This document shows, in pieces, positions 39,495-46,509 of a stretch of DNA of 64,000 nt. The notes below the pieces were generated by a model, which searched no databases, was not told where the DNA came from, and was given only the letters and a program-made list of their open reading frames with translations. A program made the translations under genes and the position numbers. Source of the stretch: a virus (lineage: Duplodnaviria; Heunggongvirae; Uroviricota; Caudoviricetes); the IMG/VR virus record IMGVR_UViG_3300044712_000823, positions 1 to 64,000 of that record, one strand, 5' to 3'. Position 1 is the stretch's first letter. Every line of letters begins with the position of its first letter.

Positions 39495-39684
39495 TGAGAA
39501 TATACTCCTGGGACATTAGATTCCGCACCAGTTTCATACCTTCAACGGGATTTTGTTTCTGCCACTCCCACAGGTCATCAATCTTATTGAAAATGGGACC
39601 GAAAGTAATTCCAGTCACATTATCAACACATTGCCAGCCGCCAGCAACCGAAAGACACGCAAGATCAATCGCGTTAGCACTCAT
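39436..39684 (-). CDS. Hypothetical small protein.
   Basis: Start set at the internal Met after the upstream stop. Confidence 0.3.
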   Translation of the reverse strand: MSANAIDLACLSVAGGWQCVDNVTGITFGPIFNKIDDLWEWQKQNPVEGMKLVRNLMSQEYILIAEDTPWCCNPASETYWSM

Positions 39685-39720
39685 TATATTCTCCAAAAGT
39701 TTCACCAAGTTAACGACCAC

Positions 39721-39915
39721 TCACATACTGCAAAGATTATCCATCTCATTAATGAAAATGAGATATGCCGAACTCATCATACAGGACAATTCACCTGCTT
39801 TATATTCAGTTTCCAGTTTCTCAATGCAATCTAGCATAGAGTTTGCGCCAATGTCAGTGCCATATGCCATGACCAAATCAATTGCTTCGCGGGTCGTCAT
39901 AATCGTTTCATTCAT
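39721..39915 (-). CDS. Hypothetical small protein.
   Basis: ORF. Confidence 0.3.
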   Translation of the reverse strand: MNETIMTTREAIDLVMAYGTDIGANSMLDCIEKLETEYKAGELSCMMSSAYLIFINEMDNLCSM

Positions 39916-40124
39916 TCTTCAACTCCAAAATGTTTACGTGCAACAAATTGAACATGCCAGCCTTTCATAGGCCCATCTTCATTAGCACCAACCCAAGGAC
40001 ATACTTCAGGGAGAAACTGTTCATATTCACGAATAATCAATTCTGCAAATCGCACGGCATCAAAACCAGTTTCAGATTCACACCGCTGCATCATTTCAAG
40101 AATAACGCCATTCGTTTCAATCAT
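39912..40124 (-). CDS. Small paralogous-family protein.
   Basis: FAELIIREY...HFGVEE. Confidence 0.45.
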   Translation of the reverse strand: MIETNGVILEMMQRCESETGFDAVRFAELIIREYEQFLPEVCPWVGANEDGPMKGWHVQFVARKHFGVEE

Positions 40125-40142
40125 TTATTCAATTCCAAAATG

Positions 40143-40349
40143 TTATTTGATACCAAATTCGAACATAATTTCGTCGGCAATATCCTCATAATCCTCAACA
40201 GATACGCCTTTATTCGAACCGAAATAAGAATAACCTTCCATTTCTCGGGTATAACCATGAATAATGGAAATAATACGGTCACGAATAGCCTTTTCCTTAT
40301 CAGAAATCTCAGTATATTCGGGAATATGAGAATACCAACGAGCAGACAT
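40143..40349 (-). CDS. Hypothetical small acidic protein.
   Basis: Ends FEFGIK. Confidence 0.35.
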   Translation of the reverse strand: MSARWYSHIPEYTEISDKEKAIRDRIISIIHGYTREMEGYSYFGSNKGVSVEDYEDIADEIMFEFGIK

Positions 40350-40363
40350 AACATTACCTCCAA

Positions 40364-40645
40364 TTACCGACGATAAACTGCAAAAGTAACTGCATCACTT
40401 TTCAGACAGGTAGAATGAGCATTAATCACGGAGTAATTAATACCACGGATAATACCTGCTTTAGTTTGAACACGATACCGACTTTCACCTTTATTATAAC
40501 GATGAGAACGGGGACCACGATAACGCACCTTAATTTTAACGCCGTCAATTGCAAACAGGCGTTTAATCTCATCAAGATATTGCATGGGGATACCATGCAT
40601 AATGGACTGACGATCAGAACCAGACTTATATTGTAGAATGTGCAT
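40364..40645 (-). CDS. Basic small protein (possible nucleic-acid binding).
   Basis: K/R-rich. Downstream of P4. Confidence 0.4.
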   Translation of the reverse strand: MHILQYKSGSDRQSIMHGIPMQYLDEIKRLFAIDGVKIKVRYRGPRSHRYNKGESRYRVQTKAGIIRGINYSVINAHSTCLKSDAVTFAVYRR

Positions 40646-40681
40646 TTTCTTTTTCCAATCAATTACCGAACCAATAAAGAC

Positions 40682-40709
40682 AGTATAACAGAACCAGGGG
40701 AAATGGCAA
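40682..40709 (-). promoter_or_regulatory. Early promoter family copy P4 (TTGCCA-16-TATACT).
   Basis: Minus-strand reading TTGCCAtttcccctggttctgtTATACT. Confidence 0.5.
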
Positions 40710-40755
40710 TGTAGATCGGAAGTAGTCCATCCGTCCGGTCAAGTTCTCGGCAGGT

Positions 40756-40983
40756 TCATTCTTCAACTCCAAAATATGTGTATACTGCTTCTTCCATACT
40801 GGGACCAAATTGCATTCCTGCTCTTGCGACTATCAAAGTTTCTTTGATAATCAACTCGGCGAATTTACTTTCAAATGCTTGAATATATGAAACACCATAT
40901 TTGTCGTTTTGTTCATGTGCATAGTTTTGTGCATCATAAGAAAGTTTTTTAATTAGTTCTTCATTCATTTTCTTCAATTCCAA
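40756..40983 (-). CDS. Small paralogous-family protein.
   Basis: FAELIIKE...YFGVEE. Confidence 0.45.
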   Translation of the reverse strand: MELKKMNEELIKKLSYDAQNYAHEQNDKYGVSYIQAFESKFAELIIKETLIVARAGMQFGPSMEEAVYTYFGVEE

Positions 40984-41188
40984 ACTCTTTTTCCATACTC
41001 AAACAAACCTCACGGGCTTGATTTCGTGTCAGTTCCTTGTGGGGATATTTGTAAACAAAGTCGGAACATTCTTTGATAATCAAATTGGCGAATTCTTGTG
41101 GGTCGAAATAAGTATGCAATTTCAATACATGGAGTGTATTCCTATCTCCACCAGCCTTAAAGAATAGTTCATAAATTCGTTCATTCAT
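40961..41188 (-). CDS. Small paralogous-family protein.
   Basis: About 100 bp near-identical to 38680–38777. Confidence 0.5.
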   Translation of the reverse strand: MNERIYELFFKAGGDRNTLHVLKLHTYFDPQEFANLIIKECSDFVYKYPHKELTRNQAREVCLSMEKEFGIEENE

Positions 41189-41191
41189 TGT

Positions 41192-41728
41192 TTAAACTCC
41201 GATATACTTAGATGCTTCAGCATGAAGACCACGGTCGCCTTTTGTCATAACTTCGAGGAGAAGCCTTTTCTCGGCGAGATAAGTCTTGGCAAACCCAGGA
41301 TCATACTGCATAATAGATTTACTATTAGAGATAAGATCAGCAAGTTTAATTGTCTGAGCTTCAGCAGGTGCATCCGCAGTATGAGCACGATCAATTGCTT
41401 TACGGTGTGCCCTATTACCGTCTTCAGGGCGACTTACATCAGTGAGCCAACCAACAAGGCGAGCAATATCAATACCAAACGCCATATGAATATCATTAAA
41501 TGTGCAACCAGTATCTTCGACAACATCATGGAGCCATGCAGCAGCAACCATCTCATGCGTAGAACCAGGAACAGAAGCCACAATACTAGCCACCTCAGCA
41601 GGGTGAACAATATAAGATTCACCTGTATATTTACGCTTTTGACCGACAGCAGCATGAGCCGCCATTGCATATACTTGCGCCTTTTGTACAATATCCATAC
41701 CAGTAAGTTCCATTGTAAAGCATTGCAT
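41192..41728 (-). CDS. HD-domain (p)ppGpp hydrolase (SpoT/Mesh1-like small alarmone hydrolase). Start uncertain.
   Basis: YIVHPAEVA...AAWLHDVVEDTG matches the RelA/SpoT HD motif. Confidence 0.65.
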   Translation of the reverse strand: MQCFTMELTGMDIVQKAQVYAMAAHAAVGQKRKYTGESYIVHPAEVASIVASVPGSTHEMVAAAWLHDVVEDTGCTFNDIHMAFGIDIARLVGWLTDVSRPEDGNRAHRKAIDRAHTADAPAEAQTIKLADLISNSKSIMQYDPGFAKTYLAEKRLLLEVMTKGDRGLHAEASKYIGV

Positions 41729-41744
41729 GATTACTCCTTATTCC

Positions 41745-41957
41745 TTATTCCGTATTATCCGCAACAAAATCAATCTCGGTATGACTCAGAATCACCCGTT
41801 CCCGCATTGCACCAAATACCTCAATAGGGTTATCCAGAACTACGGTGTGTTTAATATCACCACCATATGCAATGCGAGACAATTCTACAGTACCAGACAC
41901 AATAAACCTGTTCAGATACTTACCACGAACAAACATATTTTCAAGAACCCAACTCAT
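41745..41957 (-). CDS. Small protein; paralog of 35643..35858.
   Basis: Paralogy. Confidence 0.45.
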   Translation of the reverse strand: MSWVLENMFVRGKYLNRFIVSGTVELSRIAYGGDIKHTVVLDNPIEVFGAMRERVILSHTEIDFVADNTE

Positions 41958-42109
41958 TCTATATCCTCCAGAGATTGAATTTGAATGTCCAATTCTTCAG
42001 AGGACATATTAACCAAATCAGCGATAAAACCAACAAATTGGTCATTATCACCAATGCCAATATGCATCATTTTATCAATAATATAAACAATCTTTTCCGC
42101 ACAATTCAT
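41954..42109 (-). CDS. Small protein (51 aa).
   Basis: Start reset downstream of the P5 transcription start. AGGAG-7-ATG. Confidence 0.35.
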   Translation of the reverse strand: MNCAEKIVYIIDKMMHIGIGDNDQFVGFIADLVNMSSEELDIQIQSLEDIE

Positions 42110-42134
42110 ACAAAATCTCCTAATCAATGAAGAC

Positions 42135-42163
42135 AGTATAACAGAACGTAAGGAGAATGGCAA
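42135..42163 (-). promoter_or_regulatory. Early promoter family copy P5 (TTGCCA-17-TATACT).
   Basis: Minus-strand reading TTGCCAttctccttacgttctgtTATACT. Confidence 0.5.
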
Positions 42164-42546
42164 TGTAGAGCAATAGTAGTCCATAGAAGAGGTCAACTAT
42201 TGTCCAGTGTATGGGAATGCATGGGGAAGAACCAGGAATGGAATAGGAGATGATTGAAACCAAAGGTAGTAACCAGTGTAGCAAGAACCATGCGTGGATT
42301 GAAAATGAAAGTGCTATTTATTGCGTGCCTACCGTGCGTTGTCGCGGGACCTGTCGCAGGTATGGTGTAGCACCTTAGTCTTAGTTGCTGTCTGCGAGCC
42401 AGGTTTTTCCTCAACCAGCCACTCTATCACAATCCACAGCGGTTGGCAATAGGTTTCCTCTCAGAACCTCAGAGAACCATAGAGCCAGGCTATAGCATAG
42501 TGGATTTCCGACCAATAGCAAAGTAAATTTTCTTTCACCCAGCTGG

Positions 42547-42576
42547 TTGCCAAACACCAGTGCCATGTGATATAAT
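42547..42576 (+). promoter_or_regulatory. Early promoter family copy P6 (TTGCCA-18-TGaTATAAT), plus strand. Points into an ORF-poor region.
   Basis: TTGCCAaacaccagtgccatgtgaTATAAT. Confidence 0.45.
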
Positions 42577-42682
42577 GGACCAAACGTCTTCCGCTGGCGG
42601 TAGTACCTTAGTGTTACACGGTATATAACGTGCAGCCTCCACGTCCATCCCCGTGTATTGCCGTTCGAATCATTGTAGTGGA

Positions 42683-42709
42683 TTATACCAGAACCGAACG
42701 GACTGGCAA
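42683..42709 (-). promoter_or_regulatory. Early promoter family copy P7 (TTGCCA-16-TATAAT), minus strand. Points into the ORF-poor region 42.2–42.65 kb.
   Basis: Minus-strand reading TTGCCAgtccgttcggttctggTATAAT. Confidence 0.5.
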
Positions 42710-42744
42710 GTAGAGCAAAAGTTCTCTACCTGCCAGGTGGGTCA

Positions 42745-42969
42745 TTAGTCTAGCAGGACCATGTACTCCGCTGGGAAGTGGGTGCGGAACCAGTCCAGAC
42801 CCTTGCGGACGGTCTTGTAGTCTCCGAACATCTCCGAGCCACGGATGGTGTCATACACTGCCACGGCGTCAGGAGGTAGGGTCACCGACTCACCAGAGAA
42901 GGGATTGGACACCAGCACCGGTGCATCGTCCAGGATTTTGCAGGGAAAGGGAAGGGTGCGAACGTTCAT
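42745..42969 (-). CDS. Hypothetical protein (GC-rich island).
   Basis: AGGAG RBS. GC-rich codon usage. Confidence 0.45.
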   Translation of the reverse strand: MNVRTLPFPCKILDDAPVLVSNPFSGESVTLPPDAVAVYDTIRGSEMFGDYKTVRKGLDWFRTHFPAEYMVLLD

Positions 42970-42980
42970 ATTTTACTCCT

Positions 42981-43508
42981 TTATTGAACCACGTTGAAAG
43001 GACCTTTGCGGTCATATTTTTTGGTGAAGAATGCCTCCACCTTGTCAGCGGTAGGACGGAATGCCTCAGCCTTGCCACCGTACCAGCCTTCGAAGCCACC
43101 ACGGTCAGGACGCGCCACGATGGTGAAGTCCTCATACTTGAGCTTGACCTTCTTGGGAGCCTTCGGTGCTTTGGGTGCCTTGGGCTCCTTGGCCACCTTT
43201 GCAGGCTTGGTTGTCGGTTTTGCCACCGAGGGCGTTTCCGGGACAGCCTGAGGTTGGACCTGACCTTTGAGGTGAGGCATGATGGCTTGGAGCCGCTCCA
43301 CGTTGGATTGTGCATACTTGACCAGGTCCTCACCGGTCAGCCCTTTGGACGTACCTTGTACAATGTAGTCGGCGAACAGGTGAGCCTCAGCCTTGTCCTT
43401 CGGTTTGACACCGACGGACTTTGCAATGCGGAAGTGGTCGGCAGGCTTCAGGGTTTTGAGGTACTTGACCAGCTGGTCGGCAGAGGTGAAGGTGGTTTGG
43501 ATTTCCAT
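42981..43508 (-). CDS. Hypothetical protein with KAPKAPKAPK linker.
   Basis: Start at MEIQ, downstream of the P8 transcription start. Lys/Ala/Pro-rich linker. Confidence 0.45.
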   Translation of the reverse strand: MEIQTTFTSADQLVKYLKTLKPADHFRIAKSVGVKPKDKAEAHLFADYIVQGTSKGLTGEDLVKYAQSNVERLQAIMPHLKGQVQPQAVPETPSVAKPTTKPAKVAKEPKAPKAPKAPKKVKLKYEDFTIVARPDRGGFEGWYGGKAEAFRPTADKVEAFFTKKYDRKGPFNVVQ

Positions 43509-43531
43509 GTGAGTTACTTTCGAATGAGTCA

Positions 43532-43560
43532 ATTATACCAGAATTTTCAAGCCGTGGCAA
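43532..43560 (-). promoter_or_regulatory. Early promoter family copy P8 (TTGCCA-17-TATAAT).
   Basis: Minus-strand reading TTGCCAcggcttgaaaattctggTATAAT. Confidence 0.5.
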
Positions 43561-44200
43561 CCGTCAGGCGGATAATTTTCGCCATCTTACGACCGTGGGC
43601 GGGGTAGCCGATGACCGCCACGGACTTATCGTAGCAGGTACGGCAGGTCAGGCACTTGCCACCTTGGTTGTATGCTGGGCAGACGGAAACACCACCGGGC
43701 GCGTTTTCCGCGTCGGGAATGATGGTAGAGCCATGCACGCCAGGCGTATAGGAACCATCCACGGCATCGGAAGAGAACCGAACCATTACATTGTCCAGCC
43801 GTTGCATGGCTGCAATGATGGGGGCAAACTTGGGGAATTTTGCCATGCGGGTGGGCAGCCAATGCTTGGTGTTGGGCGTACGGACCATCACCTGGTAGAT
43901 TTTGGTTGCCAATTCCAGGGAGTACATATCCCCCGAATCGAACCAACGGAAGTGGGTGTCCTTGCTCAATTGAGCCACCATGGCGTCAACCCAGCCGTCC
44001 TCTTGCCATGCGGCTTTATTGTCAGCACGGACAGCCTTGACGGCGCCGAAGTGGTACATGCCCGTGGTGGCGTAGCAACCAGAGCAGGCCGCAACCAGTT
44101 GGCCGTCCTTGCCAACCGAACCGGGGCAGGTCTCAATGGCTTGGAGGGACCAGGACTTGGTGCCTAGCTTGGAGGTCTTGGAGAGTTTGTTTTTCATCAT
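43547..44200 (-). CDS. Cys-rich metal-binding protein.
   Basis: Two Cys clusters (CPGS...CSGCY and CPAYNQGGKCLTCRTCY). Confidence 0.45.
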   Translation of the reverse strand: MMKNKLSKTSKLGTKSWSLQAIETCPGSVGKDGQLVAACSGCYATTGMYHFGAVKAVRADNKAAWQEDGWVDAMVAQLSKDTHFRWFDSGDMYSLELATKIYQVMVRTPNTKHWLPTRMAKFPKFAPIIAAMQRLDNVMVRFSSDAVDGSYTPGVHGSTIIPDAENAPGGVSVCPAYNQGGKCLTCRTCYDKSVAVIGYPAHGRKMAKIIRLTVATA

Positions 44201-44247
44201 GTGGTGTATTCTACAGGTTTCCTAGGTTCTGTCAACCAGTCCTTGGA

Positions 44248-44553
44248 TTAGTTGACCGGATTGGTGGGTTTCACCGTCACCGTCCAGCTGGAGAAGGAGA
44301 GACCGACCATGGTGTAACCATGGGCTGCCAGTGCCTTGATTAGGCGCTTGGCGATAATGTTAGCCATGGCGTTCTCCGCTTCGGTGCGGTTGATTGACGG
44401 CTCATGCAGGTGCATATCACCGGCATCCTCGCAGGTGAAAGGTACAACCAGCACCTCGCCCTGGTAGGCGTCCTTGTACGGCTTAGCCGCTTTGAAAAGA
44501 ATTGCGTTTTTCATGTGATGGAGTATACCACAACCGAAGGGAATGGCAACCAA
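44248..44553 (-). CDS. Hypothetical protein. May start at 44514 (MKNAILF).
   Basis: Two tandem upstream promoters (P9, P10). Confidence 0.4.
   Translation of the reverse strand: MVAIPFGCGILHHMKNAILFKAAKPYKDAYQGEVLVVPFTCEDAGDMHLHEPSINRTEAENAMANIIAKRLIKALAAHGYTMVGLSFSSWTVTVKPTNPVN
44522..44549 (-). promoter_or_regulatory. Early promoter family copy P9 (TTGCCA-16-TATACT).
   Basis: Minus-strand reading TTGCCAttcccttcggttgtggTATACT. Confidence 0.45.
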
Positions 44554-44648
44554 CCGATCATTGGAATTTCCTATTGATCCTGCGGACCCATAGTTGCGGT
44601 TCTAACGCCCAGCCTCCACGTCCATCCCAGTGCCTTTCGAATGGTCCT

Positions 44649-44676
44649 ATTATACCAGAACCGAGGACCCCGGCAA
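44649..44676 (-). promoter_or_regulatory. Early promoter family copy P10 (TTGCCG-16-TATAAT).
   Basis: Minus-strand reading TTGCCGgggtcctcggttctggTATAAT. Confidence 0.45.
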
Positions 44677-44716
44677 CCAATACCCTACCGCTCCGCTGGA
44701 GAACTATAGTTCTACA

Positions 44717-44744
44717 TTGCCATTTCCTCCGGTTCTGTCATAAT
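44717..44744 (+). promoter_or_regulatory. Early promoter family copy P11 (TTGCCA-16-CATAAT).
   Basis: TTGCCAtttcctccggttctgtCATAAT. ATG 8 nt downstream (leaderless). Confidence 0.5.
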
Positions 44745-44751
44745 CCACTCC

Positions 44752-44949
44752 ATGATGAATAGCAAAACAAAACCCTATACCGAATCCGTTGCAACCCGTC
44801 TCCCCGCTGGCCTGACCAGTGAAAAGGACCTGTGGACTGAAATCTACAAAATCGTGGAAGCCGACCTCGGCAAGAAAAGAGCATTCTACATGATGAACTA
44901 CAGTGAGGACTTCTTTCCTGATGTAATGCACGACTACAAATACCTGTAA
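44752..44949 (+). CDS. Small protein (65 aa); likely leaderless mRNA.
   Basis: Starts ~8 nt after the -10 of P11. Confidence 0.4.
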   Translation: MMNSKTKPYTESVATRLPAGLTSEKDLWTEIYKIVEADLGKKRAFYMMNYSEDFFPDVMHDYKYL

Positions 44950-44974
44950 ACTCTTGAAAACGAAAGGTTACAAA

Positions 44975-45187
44975 ATGAATCGCATTAGCCAAAATGGTTG
45001 GACTCTCCGCCGCTCCAACAACCAGCCGGTGCTGGTGAATCAGGCAGCCATAAGCTTCCGTGGTGACATAGCCACCATTGTGGGTGGACGCCCTCCTACC
45101 CACTTTGGTTCAACCGGTAGGGTCTGGACCAAGGCTGGTGGGGAATACTTCCCTTCGGTCTTTGACCTTGAGTGGGTGAAAGACTAA
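44975..45187 (+). CDS. Small protein (70 aa).
   Basis: AAAGG-8-ATG. The ORF track extends to a TTG at 44954. Confidence 0.4.
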   Translation: MNRISQNGWTLRRSNNQPVLVNQAAISFRGDIATIVGGRPPTHFGSTGRVWTKAGGEYFPSVFDLEWVKD

Positions 45188-45215
45188 CCAATCCGGTCAA
45201 CTATCCGACGGATGG

Positions 45216-45243
45216 TTGCCAAATCCTCCAGACCTGTCATAAT
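45216..45243 (+). promoter_or_regulatory. Early promoter family copy P13 (TTGCCA-16-CATAAT).
   Basis: GGTTGCCAaatcctccagacctgtCATAATCC. Almost identical to P14 and P15. Confidence 0.55.
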
Positions 45244-45281
45244 CCATTCCATAGTAAATCAACAAAGCAAAGGAAACAAAA

Positions 45282-45509
45282 ATGTCTCAAGGCTACAATG
45301 GCTGGACCAACCGCGAAACCTGGTTGGTTAACGTTTGGTTCAATCCGGAATCCCGTGAGGATGTGGAGGATGCACGGTCCATCCTGGAGGAACAATATGA
45401 TTCCATGACCGATGGTCCCCTGAAGGACATGGTTGCCCTGTCCGAGGTGGACTGGGACCAGCTGCTGGAACACTTCGAAGAGGAAGAGGATGAGGAGGAC
45501 GAGGAATGA
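45282..45509 (+). CDS. Small acidic protein with poly-Glu/Asp C-terminal tail. Candidate DNA-mimic-like early protein.
   Basis: NGWTNRETWLVNVW N-terminus. C-terminus EEEEDEEDEE. AAAGGAAAC RBS. Confidence 0.45.
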   Translation: MSQGYNGWTNRETWLVNVWFNPESREDVEDARSILEEQYDSMTDGPLKDMVALSEVDWDQLLEHFEEEEDEEDEE

Positions 45510-45718
45510 GCGTAGTCCGTAACCGGTTGCCCGGTTCAACCGGGTCCATAACCGAGCATTGGACCTCGGAATCACCGCAAGCCATCCAGGACCTGTTCCA
45601 GCAGGAGGTGACCAACTATCCTACAGGTGGTTATGGCACCATGCTCACCGGCATCCATGCCGATCCGACCGGTCTCCTATGGCATGCCAGGTTCTATCGC
45701 ATGGCATCTTGCGATTGA
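45506..45718 (+). CDS. Small protein (70 aa).
   Basis: ATGA overlap with the upstream gene. Confidence 0.4.
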   Translation: MSVVRNRLPGSTGSITEHWTSESPQAIQDLFQQEVTNYPTGGYGTMLTGIHADPTGLLWHARFYRMASCD

Positions 45719-45738
45719 AAATTCCAATGGCAACATTC

Positions 45739-45766
45739 TTGCCATTTCCTCCAGCCCTGTCATAAT
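45739..45766 (+). promoter_or_regulatory. Early promoter family copy P12.
   Basis: TTGCCAtttcctccagccctgtCATAAT. Confidence 0.5.
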
Positions 45767-45803
45767 CCATTCCATAGTAAATCAACCGCTGAAAGGAAAG
45801 CAG

Positions 45804-45998
45804 ATGAGTGTAATCGACAACCTGATTCTGGACATCCAGAAGGACATTACCGAAGGTCGCCTGACCTTCCGTGAAATCGCCGACCTGCGCGGCATCCCGT
45901 TTGACTGGGTGGATATGGTTGCTCTGGAGATGGCTCGCCAAGGTGAGGATGATCCGGAATACCTGGACTCTGACGCATACCTGGAGACGCTGGAATGA
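45804..45998 (+). CDS. Small acidic protein (64 aa).
   Basis: AAAGGAAAG RBS. The ORF track start at 45627 runs through promoter P12. Confidence 0.4.
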   Translation: MSVIDNLILDIQKDITEGRLTFREIADLRGIPFDWVDMVALEMARQGEDDPEYLDSDAYLETLE

Positions 45999-46156
45999 AC
46001 CGCTACACCTTGATCCTTTCCAACGGTCGGATCATGGTTTTCTCGGTGCTGGCCTGCGCTGAGGTCTTCCAGCAGGCCCACGGTGGAACGCTGGTAACCC
46101 AGCAAACCGGTCAAGAATCCAAGGAACAGTTGCCAAATCTTCCAGTCCTGTCATAA
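45995..46156 (+). CDS. Small hydrophobic protein (53 aa); reads through promoter P14.
   Basis: ATGA overlap. Hand-translated. Confidence 0.25.
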   Translation: MNRYTLILSNGRIMVFSVLACAEVFQQAHGGTLVTQQTGQESKEQLPNLPVLS

Positions 46157-46157
46157 T
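46130..46157 (+). promoter_or_regulatory. Early promoter family copy P14.
   Basis: TTGCCAaatcttccagtcctgtCATAAT. Confidence 0.5.
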
Positions 46158-46189
46158 CCATTCCATAGTAAATCACTGAGGACGACCAA

Positions 46190-46450
46190 ATGCTCAAAAT
46201 GATCTGGAATGACAAATCCCTCCTGACCATGACCGGCATCGCCGTGGCTCTGGTTGTGGCTGCCGTGGCTGCAACCATTTACAATGGCAACCAGTGGAAG
46301 GAATTCAGCCAGGAACATGAGTGCAAGGTGGTTGCCAAGCATGCCGGTACCACTGGCTATGGTATGACCAGCACCGGTAAGATGGGCATGGTCACCACTT
46401 CCGCAACCACTTCCTACCTTTGCAACGATGGTGTGACCTATACCCGTTAA
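46190..46450 (+). CDS. Small membrane protein (86 aa).
   Basis: One TM helix. RBS GAGGA. Confidence 0.45.
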   Translation: MLKMIWNDKSLLTMTGIAVALVVAAVAATIYNGNQWKEFSQEHECKVVAKHAGTTGYGMTSTGKMGMVTTSATTSYLCNDGVTYTR

Positions 46451-46481
46451 CCCAGACTTCCGGTCAACTATTCCCAGATGG

Positions 46482-46509
46482 TTGCCAAATCCTCCAGACC
46501 TGTCATAAT
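46482..46509 (+). promoter_or_regulatory. Early promoter family copy P15.
   Basis: TTGCCAaatcctccagacctgtCATAAT. Confidence 0.55.

Noticed and set aside
42921-44167. Long plus-strand ORFs inside the GC-rich island (42921..43607, 43595..44167, 43840..44040).
   Set aside because: High GC keeps all frames open. These frames translate to Arg/Gly-rich sequences. They overlap minus-strand genes that have RBSs, promoters and protein-like composition.
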